A DNA stretch of 63,997 nucleotides, the filler included, from Bigelowiella natans CCMP2755 (taxonomy: Eukaryota; Protista; Cercozoa), in assembly GCA_000320545.1 (NCBI GenBank). It is 7 parts of 7 records of this genome, joined end to end, with 100 filler letters (N's around TTAATTAATTAA, not from the genome) between each part and the next. Parts side by side here need not be neighbours in the genome. Positions count along the whole stretch, not along the records: positions 22,712 to 39,444 come from ADNK01000744.1; positions 39,545 to 46,656 come from ADNK01003415.1; 5 more parts are not named here. One strand, 5' to 3'. Positions 27,064-40,354 of the stretch are shown piece by piece (the stretch's first letter is position 1; each line of letters starts with the position of its first letter). The position numbers and the translations under genes are program-made. The notes under the pieces were generated by a model. It did no database searches. It worked only from the letters and a program-made list of their open reading frames with translations, and was not told the origin of the DNA.

Positions 27064-27395
27064 TTACACAGCAGATACTTCCTCCACTTTAAATTCCGCA
27101 GCAGATGCTACTCCAAGCGAAGCAGTAGATAGTTGCCGGCGGCGATGAACTTCGTTCTTTTGGATTTCTGCGGTGCTCCCCTTCTCTGCTACACTCTCCA
27201 CAGAATCCATCTTCATCATGCTTGATTGGGTTGAACCAATTGGCTTACTCTTCATCTTGTAGCATCCATACCAACTAAAAGTCAGTAAAATGTTCATTCA
27301 GACAGACACATTCAATGCCTCCACTCACCTCATCCCCTCTTTGTATGTCTGTTTAGTCATTAAGTTTCTCCCGCTCTCTCTCCACTTTCTCTTTC

Positions 27396-27436
<41 letters not shown>

Positions 27437-29527
27437 ACACAGGACACAGGACACAGCACACACTGTACGGGGCGTGTGTAGATGTATACATTGCGGAGTC
27501 ATACATCATGTGCATCAATTAGACAATTCTATCCCCTCAAAACTGACCAGATTATAATGAATAGAAGACATCCCATCATGACGCCAATTACAAATCCTGC
27601 GACTTTTCCACCTTCAGAGATATTGATTCCACAGATACAAAATCAAAACATAGAAGCAATTGCTTCATTAACTACTCAGGATACCGTTTAATGTGCAACA
27701 ATCGCCATCATAGCAGGTGCCTTCACACCAATTGTCCGTTTCATCCTGGAGAAAGTTGCATCTATCATCTGATGTTTTGCAATCGGAATCCAGTCCACAG
27801 GTGTCCAGAATATGGGTGTCGCACCCGGAAGTCCCCCCAGCAGGAACACTTATGAAAGAAAATCCATAGCGAGAATTGAACTCCGGCGTAAAAAAAGCAG
27901 TGGAATCCACTGAGACCTTTCGTGTGAAGGCAGAAAATGCTCTAGCAAAAGGATCATTTCCCCTAAAATCTATCGCAACTTCGATAATAACACTTCCTGG
28001 TTGAAGGGAGATGATTCTAATATCTGTCTCCAGAACTCCAACTGCACGAGCAATTTCTCGAATCAGATCTTCAACAAATGCAGGTGGAAGGATCTGGAAA
28101 TTGATTTCAACAAATCTAAGAACAAACACTAACTCTGTATCTGTAGGTGGAGGCTGCACAATTTCTGAACATGCATCCGCTCGCGACAGGCGAGTAGCAT
28201 TGAAGTCTTCGCATGTCCGTGGCTCAAGTACGATGTCCTCCCCGTCGTGAACATTCCACAACCAAGTGCGGTTGTGGGTAGGATTGACACGGGAATCCAA
28301 CGTGTTTATCAAGTCCTCCAGAACCACGTCCGGCTCCGGAATGGAGCTCTCGAACCAATCCGTCCCTCCGGTTGCCGCGCCCTTGAGTCCGTCGTGACGC
28401 CACACGTCACGTGTCTGCATAAACTTGAACTCGGAGGTGATGTCACACGGTGAGATGCCATATTTTGCACAAAACGTCTGCAGATTTGTGTTGGCGGCGT
28501 CGAACTCGTAAGACTCGTCTATGATCACGTCGACATCAGCTAATGCAGCGAGGAACGTAGCCTGGTCGACGACAGTGTCCCTGTCAGGTGTTTGGTACAC
28601 GTCCTGCGCCGGTTCGAGGAACAATCCGCCGGCATCCTCTGTGAACTGCTTCTTATATGCCGCCCTCGAGATTGAATACATCCCGTTGAAACTGGAGATC
28701 CAAGCCACAACCTTGTTCGATCGTTGTCGAAGTGCAGCACGCCTGTGACAGTTGTATCGAGAAACAGTGCCATCGAAAAGCACTGAAGCCTCGTACTCCA
28801 AATTGAAAAACAAGGCGAAGAACTCGATCCACTCGGCGCGGTGGAGCGGTCCGGGGTCCGCGGTAGAGCTGAATGCGAACGACTTGGGGTTGGGGTTTGG
28901 AGAGTTTCCACCGATGAAAGCGTCGACATCAGCGATTTGCATCTCCCGCAGAGTTGCGTTGCAGCCAGTGAAAGAGCACTCTAGGGTTCTGGCGACTCCC
29001 TGATCGACCATGGCGCGGATGCAGCCGGAGGTGATGAAGTCAAGAGATCCGACGTACTTGATTGTGGTTCTCAGGCCAAGAAGCTCGAGGAATGTGAGCC
29101 CGACAGTCTCATCAACAGCCACAGATCGCAGAGGTATTTCAAAAATTTTTGTTGTGTTAGGATATAAGCTTGTGGGAGGCTTAGTGGTATTTCTCTGATA
29201 CAGGATGTAATGCTCACCCACAAATGTATTCCACACCTCTTTATAAGTTGGAAAATAAGTTACATTCCAGAATTCAGAATGGTCTACAGAAGCTTGAGCA
29301 CTATCAGACTGTAGAAGTACTACTGGGCGGGGTAGATCCAGTGATTGGAATATCTAGAGGAAAGGTTTTTAAAGATATTAATGTTAAAAATGTGAGGTAT
29401 TAATGGTTTTAAGCAATTGTCTAATTCTCAAACCTGATTCCCATTCACTATGCTTGTAAGGAGTAGCGAGGCAAAAAGAGATATGAAGCTGTAAAAATAT
29501 GATGACTTTCAAACGATGAAGAGACAT
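27064..29527 (-). CDS. CBA1-like (cobalamin acquisition / periplasmic-binding-protein fold) protein with SEA-like domain, Cys-rich linker, TM helix and cytoplasmic tail
   Basis: Signal peptide MSLHRLKVIIFLQLHISFCLA; ORF 27668-29236 with FWNVTYFPTYKEVWN, DPGPLHRAEWIEFFALFFNLE, DVIIDES, GGTDWFESSIPEPDVVLEDLI and RTWLWN; LQPGSVII segment; TM exon GKVAGFVIGVMMGCLLFIIIW; tail ending ...EEVSAV*. Confidence 0.75.
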
Positions 29528-29999
29528 TCTGTAATTGAAGATTGTGAAACAATGCAGATAAATGATTTTAATCCTGCGAATATTCAGGTAGCATACTATT
29601 TTTTTAAGTGAAAGGTAATTTGGTGCCCTCACTGTTAATCTAAAAAAAAAGTACAAATTTGAGTTAATGCCACCTCATAATGGAGAACGCAGAATGTAGT
29701 TGATGCGATCTTACACGTTGTATGCAAGAACCTATTAAAACCTGTAATGATTGTAAAAAGCAACTTTACTTTCCCCGGAAGTGTATTTGATGTTAAGAAA
29801 ACTTTGGCTGGACAAGAAAAGCGCATTCGGAAACAATTTCAATGATACAAATGTCGCTTTTAATTCAAAAACTTTCATTAATTGTCATTCATGTTAAAGT
29901 TAGTGCTGCTACTTCATCGTACAAATCCTACTCCATGGCTATCTGCATACCTGCGGATTTGAGGGCTGCAATTCCACGTACGTGGGGAAGTTCTTCGCT

Positions 30000-31400
30000 T
30001 GGATTGTAGCCCAGTTCGATTTTTCGCACGCACTGTGGTGCTCAAGTGGTGCTCAACACTGTCCGACGAAAGAAAGCACGGGCAGTTAAAACGTAACAGT
30101 TCACAATGCGTGCAATGTGTAAAAGCGACTGGCTCTTTCTGGGCATCATTGCAAGGAATCGGCTTCGGAAAGTGCGGATGCGAGGGGCACTTTCTCGTGG
30201 ACCATTGCGACATCATCTATCAGGTGTCAGTCATATGTGCGCCTGACAGGACAATCGGAAGTGACGACAATGTTGATTTTTGGTCGTAAGGTGAAATGGC
30301 ATCTGATGAAGGTAAGAAGAATACCGATGTACAGGCCTGTAGCAAAATGCATCATGCTTCTTTTTGGCTTCTTTTGAATTTTCTCAAAGAGCTTGCCGCT
30401 TCTTCGGTGCGACTAATGTGTTTCGTTGACTTACTTGTGCGTGCAGGATTTTTCTCGCGCAATGATTTTGCTTGAGGCGCTGCTTGCGCATGTGGGAAAT
30501 TTTCCTAGATTTGCATCAATGCTTTGTTCATTCTCCGATTCAAATGAATAATTTGAAGGGCGTTTATGTTTCAAATTCCTTTGAATGCACCAGATTATTT
30601 CAGTGATGTAGCACAATTGTTCATTGTTCATTGTTTTCTCCTTGCGCAGTTTGGTAGAGCTGAAAATCGGAAGATGAGTAGTGTCCACTTGTCGCTTGGT
30701 CAAGTTCCCATGTGTTTTGGTTCGATTTCCTGGATTTCATCTTTCTACCAAAATGATGCAAAATGTGAACTCAGTGCTGCTTTTCCAGAGGTTGCTTCGT
30801 GCCACCTCACGTTTTGTTTGCAGTGGTCGTGACACGTGCCAATGGAAGCACCGCATTTACATTGATGCCGCAATTCCACTTCACGTTGACATGGGTTCCA
30901 ATGTTGCAAGCCACTCGAATCAACGTTTTCCGAGATCACTGATGACAACTGATTCTGGCGATTGTCGCAGTTCGAAAGAATCAAGGACCAAACCGTTGCA
31001 CTGCTGCCATTGTGAGAATTGCACTCACTCATCAAAATCCCTGGTGCGATTGCCACACGACGGTTGTCATTGGCGTTGTGCGCACAATGCGCTAGCTGCT
31101 GAGCAATGCGTGCACAACGCATCGCATCGAACACGACAATGCGCAAAGTCTGGTCATCATCTAGCCATGCCAGCATGCCAACACTTCATTCGTTCATGGC
31201 ATCTTTGTCGATTTTTCGGCAACGATGAAATGGCATTCGCATGACATCCTTGGATACATGGCACCATGGCTAGGCTCCCTGGTGGGCCACAAGGAAGCAA
31301 TGCAATTGAGGATGTTTAAACCGAGTTTCCACAATCAGGACTTCCTGCTCTCCTTTGCAACACATTGCGCTGCGATTTTCATCAATTCGCTTTCCCAGCA
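30000..31400. other. TpA-depleted intergenic patch with repeat copy
   Basis: Hand count: about 8 TpA in 30601-31260, and only 2 (both CTAG) in 30861-31250. Overlapping Tyr-poor, Cys/His-rich spurious ORFs. Confidence 0.85.
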
Positions 31401-32299
31401 GAGAGTTTGCCGTCGATTCGAGGATTTCATGGGATCTGTTCTTGCGGCTAAAGTCGAGGAAGTTCGGAAGGGTGACTCATACGTCCTACTATTTCTCTCG
31501 AGGTTCCCGCACTGCAAAATTCCTAGTGGTCGTGCCATACGAGGCAGCTTACACTTTGATAAAACGTGGTTACCGTTCCGAGATTGGAGCGACACCCAGC
31601 CATCAACTAATGAGCACACAATTATGTTTCACGACAGATGCTCCTACTAATGCCACATCATTGTAGATTGTCACAACGTACACACTTTACGTAATAAACT
31701 CAACATTGAGTCGCCATTGATACTCCACCCTCCCTCCCAAACCGACAGTGGTCGATACAAAAATGTATTCTGTCAGGCAAGCTATCGATCTACCTGGGAC
31801 GACAATATGAGCTCTTCCATTTCGTATTTCGGAAAGTACCACGCGGTAATCTATATCATCACCGGGATGAAATGGCATAAATCACATATTGCATATAGTG
31901 GCAGAAATCTCATGAACAATGGGAGTTGCATAGTTATCTTCACACGAATTCTACTTGTATCCCCTTCAATTGGACCCTTTAAACGTAGTCGAAATGCTAA
32001 CATTCATGGCAGAATCAATCTCAGCACCACCTTTCGGCAATCTTGTAACCACCGGCGATGAAAAGTCAGTCGTTTCCCTCACTGATACCCCACTTTGCCG
32101 AGAAACCTTCACATCGTAAAAGAAACACTCAGTTGGAAAAGTATAATCTACTCACATATGTCCTGCAGCTACAACATGGCTTGTTGAACGACTCGTGAAA
32201 AGTGTCCAATGGCCGTAGAACTTGAACACCACCCCTCACATGGTGGATAAAATATATTCTATCGGTGTCGGTGAGAAGCTCGTTTGCTTCTACGAGTGA

Positions 32300-34066
32300 A
32301 TACGAGTGCTTAGGAAAAAAATACGCGTGCTACGTGCGGTGGCTCCAGCACAATTCTCCTTGATGTACAGTTTGTTCGACAGCTGAGGGTCATCATTACC
32401 ATGTACAACGCGCATTTCTCCGAAGACGTCGTCTTATTTGTCCTGAGGAGGAGGAGGTGGGAGGAGGTGGGATGATGGAGGGATTAATGAAATGAGGGAT
32501 TGCCCACAGAATCTCAAGATGTTCATATGCCTTCCGGATTTAAGACAGATTATGTAACAAGATGGGACGCTCACATACAGCAAAATTGATTATTTTTATC
32601 TTCCGCGTTGGCAGCAGAGCCGAAATTCGTTATGAGTCTCGGGAGGAGTGAGAATAGATTCAATTCATTACTTCTTAGGCAAATGGCCTTTGTTTATCAG
32701 TATTTGTAAAATTTACTCTTAAATGTGTGAATACCTTTGTTGCAGCGGCGTTTCGTCATTGAAAACTGGGACCTTCAATAATGAATAAGAATTTGTACAA
32801 CGAATACTGTTATTCCGACCGTGAAGTAGACGTATATGCAATCATGCATTTACAAGATAAGTCCGATGTGTGTGTGTGTGTGTGCATGAAAATGTTCACA
32901 CACATTTTATTGAAACTCATATCTAATTCTCTTCACGCACAACAGACTTTGGAATGATAAATGAGCTTTTCGTAGTAGTGGAACTGCCACTTCTCCCAAT
33001 CCTGAAAGGACACAATCAATAACAACAACGACAATGAGGGCGTGCACCGTGTAAAGATGTCGGAAACATGCATTGTTCTCATACAGTAATGCGATCATGA
33101 TACATACGTCTGTTTACAGCAGAAGTTAGTACAATATGGAATTAAACTATAATTCAAGTTTTATGAAGAACAAGTTATATGAAGGGAAAATTCACAGTTT
33201 TAAGTTCACAATTTAATCGAAAGACTCAGTGTGCAATGATTGGATCCAAGCGTATCGCAGTGGTTTGTTATCGGACATCAATCGTCGTCAGGTTCAGCAA
33301 TCTCATCGTTTCGAGGAACTCTCTGTTAAATCACGCGGAAGTTATTTCACTTAGCTCCTCCTCGTCGTATAATAATCATCACCAACAGTAGCCTTCTCAT
33401 CGTCATCATCATCTCATCATTAACATAATCTCATCGTTAACATCATCATCATCATCATCACCATCTAAACAAGATAAAACACGAAGATATCGAACAGGAA
33501 AATATCCCGACGAGAAGCAAATCAACATGGCGAGGAATAGCCATCTTCATCGTTAGGCAATGGCATCGTGATGACCCAACGCTCAGACTTCCATGCAGCG
33601 CTGCGCTTGGCGTTCCTTCTGGAAGCCCAAGACGATTTGCCAGATGTGCTGGAAGTGGCTTCATCAACGGTGTCTGTGAGAAGAAAAGGAAGGAGAGTAA
33701 CATCACTGCGTTGTATATCCTTGTGCTCAGGAACGATCTTCAATTTTCAAACACACCCCTCCCCCCCTATACATTCGATAAAATATTCAGCAACACGCAG
33801 GTTGGGATACCATGCCGCAAATACCTCTACTGTCTTGTTAGTGCAAGGTCTTGAGGGACATTGGGAAGATGATGTGTGGTCGTTTCTCATTCTGAAATCA
33901 CGATATCATAATCATCCTCTAGCCCCCTCGTCTTATCATTCATTTCTTTTCAGTCTCGTGTGTAGACCTTTTTCTGCTTGTGAAATTGGATATTCTGCTT
34001 CCGGTTCTGCGGTAATTGAGTGTCAAGGGCTACTTATTGTGAAGCTAATGAATTCATTTGATGTGA

Positions 34067-34145
<79 letters not shown>

Positions 34146-35147
34146 TTTCTTCATATTAACGTGTGACCTTGGTAATGAAGACACGTTATTTCTATCACTG
34201 TCCTCTTGGAACACGAAAAGGGTGCCGTTCCCTTCTTTTCGCAGTGTTCTGCGTTCCCCAAGGGAAGGAAGGGGGGTAGAGAAGGGGGGCAGATTTCATA
34301 TAATCTTAGACGGTTGTCGACAGGAATAGGAAACCCTCGTCAAGTAGGGATGACGAAAAATACTTTGCTAAAATTACAACAGAAGAGTATATTTTGGATC
34401 TTTGTGGCGATTCACTTATGAAGTTGTTCTGGTATAGCACTTGAACAATGGGCATATCATCACCATTATTATCACCACCGGCCCTCTTTCAACCTAACCC
34501 TCCGCCCGCTCCCCTCACCCTCGTCGTCTCTTAGTCCTTATTCGGCCGACCGGCCTAACCCTTAAGGAATCGAGCTGATATTATGAATGAAAAAATCAGG
34601 GATGGTCTTCAGCTGAAACATTAGATTTTAAAAGAAAAGAGTGATATTTTCGTCGAATAAGAACTGAACTGTCTCTGATACAACGCATCCCCTGTCCCCA
34701 ATGTTGCCAATCCTGACACGGATAGTGGGAATGATAGCGATGATGCCGGTGATAATGACTTTAAATCGTTAAGAAGAAACGTCTTTCTCGTGTCGTAAAT
34801 GGGAAACCATACACGTGGTGCCTGTGGTGCGCATGCAATTCCGTTTACCGGAAATCACGCAACAAGCGCTCACTACTAAAGCAGCAGGGAAGCGTAGAGA
34901 TATCAGTGCGCAAATATGTAAACACGAATTAATTTATTTGGCTGAACAGGAGCAACCTGCAAGGTTTAAGGAGTCTGATGTATCTTCCAACGTGGCTATC
35001 TCGGGTTCCCCCAACATCCTTCTTTGGCTCTTCCTGGCGGGGTCGAGGTGGAATAAGGAGTTCCATTAGATCTAGTCCCATTGTCTTAATATTGAGCTGC
35101 AGTAAGAGCAAAAGGGCCAAGGAGGGGAATGACGAAATCCGCGGCAT
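32300..35147 (-). CDS. Hypothetical multi-exon gene
   Basis: Series of short open minus-strand segments between putative GT-AG introns; possible hydrophobic leader MPRISSFPSLALLLLLQL. No family recognised. Confidence 0.35.
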
Positions 35148-35542
35148 CCATCCACTGCACCATCCACCTCCCCGTGGCCTGCACGGTCAGGCTGTGGTCA
35201 ATACCCTTTGTGTCCTGCTGATTTAGAACATAAAATATAGATATATCATGGTTATTAATTGAATTATTTTCTCACCGTAATTTTCCGAATTTGCCAGCAG
35301 TGCAGAAGCACCTTCTGTACTGAAATCAAATGTTTCTCGCATTAAAAATTGACTCGCCCCTGGGGTCTGAAATCCAACAAACAATGGCCTCTATTTCGTG
35401 ACGACGATAGGCAAAGAATCGAAGTTTCTTAGAGATCTCTGGAGAATAACTACTAAATCTCTGGTGAATCTCCTAAAATCAGACCTGTCCAAACGTATCT
35501 GCCTCTATTGCGCCCCCCACCTTTTCCTCCCTTTCCTCCCCA

Positions 35543-36512
35543 ATGGCACAGCAACAGCAATTCTTCGTGCCAGGTAATAATTCCGTCGTATGTTCATATA
35601 TCTCTCCCTCCATTGATTGCTATGCATGCGAAACAGGGCTGGCTCTTTCTAAGGATGAGCGGGTTCTATATGAGTTCTTTTACAACCTCGCCGACTACCG
35701 GAAGCAGGGCCGGGTAAGTGGATAGGGATCCGTTCATTGACGAGTCAGGGGGGCGTGTTTGACAATAAACGTTATTTATCATGTAGGTGGATGCAGCTAC
35801 GGTGCGACAGCTGTTCATGATGTGCCAGCCGCCCATCCCCGTGCCGCAACTTGGCAACATTTGGTAAAATCATTAGAATCATGGACCTAATTTGCTTTCG
35901 GTTGGTCGATTGAGTTGACCGATGGCCTAGCTGTGAAGGATAATATTTTGGAAGGGGGATTGAGGACGGGGGGAGGGGGGGGGGGGGGGGGTAGATGAAG
36001 GTGCAATTCGACGCGAGATCCTGTTTCCAACCTCGTTAACTAATAATTATAATCCCTAGGGAGTTATCATACGAGTCAAGGCTTCCCGGTAATCAACGGT
36101 GTACCATATGGTGCATAATTGAGCCTTCCTTCCAAACATCCAACCTCAGCGGTGATATTGGTCTTTCGTTAATTTTCTCTTGTTGTTTATCTATCACGGC
36201 ACAGGGGCGCTATCAAAGCAAGATTTCTATCGCGCGCTGAGGTGTGCAGTGTTGTAAAATAGTGCTGGAAATGTTAGTCATACGAGATAGGCACTGTCTT
36301 CATCTCTTGTCCCCTCACTCTCCCCGGCATCCTTCGTTTCCCCCTCCCCCTCCTCCCCCCTCCTCTGCTTCCTGCACTTCAGGTACATCGCGCTCGCGCA
36401 GAACGGGAGACCTTGCACGAAGAAGTCCCTCAAGGATTCGAACTCCTACAGGTGCTATCGAGCTTGTTGGATTTCCAGAAATAGTTTTGCTGGTTTCTCC
36501 TCAGCTGCTCCA

Positions 36513-36556
<44 letters not shown>

Positions 36557-36695
36557 GGCAGAATAATACTTAAGTGAAGTAGTAACATGAGTTTCTTCTC
36601 TAATTCTGCGCTATGACAGGCCCCCTCTGCCCCAGATTCGTGGATACAACATCCAGCAAATTCTCTCGGTAAAAATGTGGTCGAATAAACCCACT

Positions 36696-36737
<42 letters not shown>

Positions 36738-36796
36738 CATTCATGTACATGTACATCTCACTCAATGTACATTATAGAGTAATTGATATATGTGTG

Positions 36797-36851
<55 letters not shown>

Positions 36852-36949
36852 TGTCTTGGATCGATCCTGGACATCTTCTATATATCCCGCAGCACTAACA
36901 GCTATGAACACGAAATAACCTTTGTACATCAGTCCGGCGGAAAGCTTCC

Positions 36950-36992
<43 letters not shown>

Positions 36993-37053
36993 CAACAACA
37001 AGCTCGACCGCAGCAACCTACAAATACACAGCAAACGAGACCGGTAGGGGTGC

Positions 37054-37087
<34 letters not shown>

Positions 37088-38259
37088 GTTATCATCATCA
37101 TCATCATCTATAATCCAATTGTAAAGACAACATACGACTCATATCGTTCTCCATTTTTTAAAAAGAAATCTTGATCCATCCTGGCGAGCTATCATCATTA
37201 TTGTAAATCATCGCTATAACAATCTGACGTTCAATACATAATGACCCCATAGGCCGCAACTCAGCCCGGTGTTGCTCAGCAGCAGCAGCAGCAGAAACAA
37301 CAACAACAACAACAACAACAGATCCCGGGAGGACATCCTGCCGCCGTCTCTGCAGGAGCGACCAACGCCCCTGGACAAGCACCCCCAGGGGGGAGGGGAC
37401 ATCCGGTAAGTCGGCAGTATGAATTTGGTAGAAACACAAAGCAGTTTTTCATTGCCTCCGGAGGCTGCTGCTGTATGCTTTTAACAACGGTAGATATTCG
37501 GTTCTCAATACGATAATTTATCAAACTTCCTGTGTACTCTCGCCAGGTCGCCAACCCTTGGTCATTGACACACGAAGAGAAGCAGCGCTACCAGGGATTC
37601 TTTGCACAAGCGGATCAGGTAGTACCGAATAATGATGATAATGATGATGATGATGACGACGAAGACGACAACGCGACAACTGAGATTGAGAGACAACCGA
37701 TCGATCGTGAGAGGCACGGAGATGGCCGTTATTTAGAAGTTGAAGCTTGAAACTTGACGGTGCAGAGAACGGGATATTCGTCGCGGTATTATACATCACT
37801 CATCGGGTGCTGTCTGTCTATTTTCGTCGTTTGCACCACCACACCACTACCCAGGATCGTGATGGCTTCGTTAGCGGCAAGGAGGCGCATCAGTTTTTCC
37901 GTAATAATACAAAGGCCATGGCCATGGCCATCAATAAGTAGCAGGATGTTAAGATAACTGCTGTGCTTCATAGACGTCATCATAGAACAGTTGATGGCCG
38001 ACACTCATGGACGCTACTTCACATTGTTGTTGACCTTGCAAATACACAGGAATGTCGCAGCTACCGCCTGCAATTCTCGGTAAGATTTGGACCCTTTCAG
38101 ACATTGACAAGGTGCTAGATAGATAGGGGAGGAGAACGACGAAAAAATCCCCTTGTCCCCCCTCTCCCTCTCCCCCCCTCCTCTTGTTCGTCATCGTTGT
38201 CAACTTGATGGAAGAGCGAAGACGTCAGTGTGTCAAGGCAGGGCGAAATTGCCGTTCTG

Positions 38260-38290
<31 letters not shown>

Positions 38291-38397
38291 GTTATCATCA
38301 TCATCATCATCATTATCATCGTCATCAGGACAATCGGCTGGACGCGGCGGAGTTCACCATTGCCGTACACTTAGTGATGAAGCGGAGACAGGGCGTC

Positions 38398-38462
<65 letters not shown>

Positions 38463-38694
38463 TACGATGCAGTAGAATCCCGCCATGGTGATGATGATGG
38501 TGACGATGATGATGATGATGATGATGAGGAGGAGGATACCGTCATCATATTTACTGTCGGGAAAACCCATTCCAAACGTTAGGTCCCCCCCAGCCTTCCT
38601 CCTTCCCTTGCATCCCTCAAAACTGGAAGAGGGGCGGGGGCAGCTCAGGAGCAAAAGAAGGAGGTAGTCTTTTGATATCATGTGTGGATTTTAT

Positions 38695-38732
<38 letters not shown>

Positions 38733-39444
38733 GCGGCCACGTGCATGCTTGCGTGAGCGATATTGTCACTGCATCTCTACCATTGCTAACTACGTCTATC
38801 ATTGCGCACCAACCAACCACCGTTTCAAAGAAGAAAAAAGGCGATTTGGACTCCTTCTTCGATGCGGTAAGTAACCCTCCTTCCCCCTCACTCTTCTTGC
38901 AGTCGTCATTAGAGATGATCCATTCTCACAAAACCACATTTAATAATACATTATACTAGCCAGTTTTCCTCCTCTGCTCCTCCCCCTTTACATATCACAT
39001 CCTTCTCTCCCCACAACTACCATTTTGTTTTTGTTCCTACAATGCGGTCGTTCACGCCTTTATTTCTCCTCCTCCTCCTCCTCCTCCTCCTCGTCCTCCT
39101 CCTCATTCTTTTGTACCATCCAGAGGAAACCCGCCCCGCTGAAGAAGAAACCTTCAAAGATTGCGTTGTTAGACCAAGACGTCTCTTTATCTCTGCAGAA
39201 TCAGATAAATGTAGTAGCAGTAGTAGGAGGAGGAGGAGGAGGAGGAGGAGGAGGAAGAAGAGTAAAGGAGGGAGGAGAATAAATAGCTGTAGTTAAACAT
39301 AGCAGCGCCAGTGCTTCTCACAATGGCCGACTTCGTGTGTTGCTGCCGTGTGTTGTACATGTCTTCTTGCTCTGAGGATGAGTTCCCTTTTCCGAATAAT
39401 GCGTTGTAATGATGATAATGATGAAGGAAAGAGGAGCTTTATAT
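35543..39444 (+). CDS. EH-domain endocytic adaptor (Eps15/Ede1-like); 3' truncated
   Basis: EH1: ERVLYEFFYNLAD..QLGNIW..ALSKQDFYRALRYIALAQ. EH2: PWSLTHEEKQRYQGFFAQADQ-DRDGFVSGKEAHQFFR-MSQLPPAILGKIWTLSDIDK-DNRLDAAEFTIAVHLV. Gln/Pro-rich linker. Confidence 0.9.
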
Positions 39445-39544
39445 NNNNNNNNNNNNNNNNNNNNNNNNNNNNNNNNNNNNNNNNNNNNTTAATTAATTAA
39501 NNNNNNNNNNNNNNNNNNNNNNNNNNNNNNNNNNNNNNNNNNNN
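39445..39544. other. Artificial contig spacer
   Basis: N44-TTAATTAATTAA-N44. Confidence 0.98.
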
Positions 39545-39575
<31 letters not shown>

Positions 39576-39741
39576 TCTCTCTCTCGCTCTCTCTCTATCG
39601 CGCGACACACACACCCACCCACGAGACAGCGCGCGCCCCCCCCCGCGCACAGTCACGACACACACCCCTCGCTCTCACTCACTCGCTCACACACACACAC
39701 ACACACACCCCCCCCCCCAACACTAACACAGAGATATACAT

Positions 39742-39790
<49 letters not shown>

Positions 39791-39869
39791 TAATATATAT
39801 ATATATATATATTACACACACATATATGTGTGTGGGAGTATATGTATCTGATATAATGTCAGCGATTCC

Positions 39870-40310
39870 GAACCGTGTTCATTTTCTCCAAAGCCCATGA
39901 TCGCAGTGAGTCTCGTGTCGAATGGCTCGTCGAGGAGGTCTGGCGCGTCACATTATATAATCGTATAAAAATCACAAGATTAGAAGAGAGAGAACGAGAA
40001 AGAAAAGAGAGTGAGAGAAGTATTGCGTTTTATGTCGTAATTCCAAATTCCTCAGATAGGCACGAGCTGTAAAAGAGCATCCCAAAATCCTCCCACTTTA
40101 CACAGAGGACAACGTAACAGGCGAGGATGAATCATGCTGGGGGACGCAGCTTACGTGCTCTCTTCTGGTGGAGCTTCATGCCGAGGGACTCGTAGAAGGA
40201 AATGGATTTCTCAAGATCTGTCACACGCATTCGGACTGGAAAAGCACAACAACACGCCGCTTCAGATCCAAATAGAAGGAGATCAATCAGGCAGACACAT
40301 GCCAAGGAGG

Positions 40311-40354
<44 letters not shown>

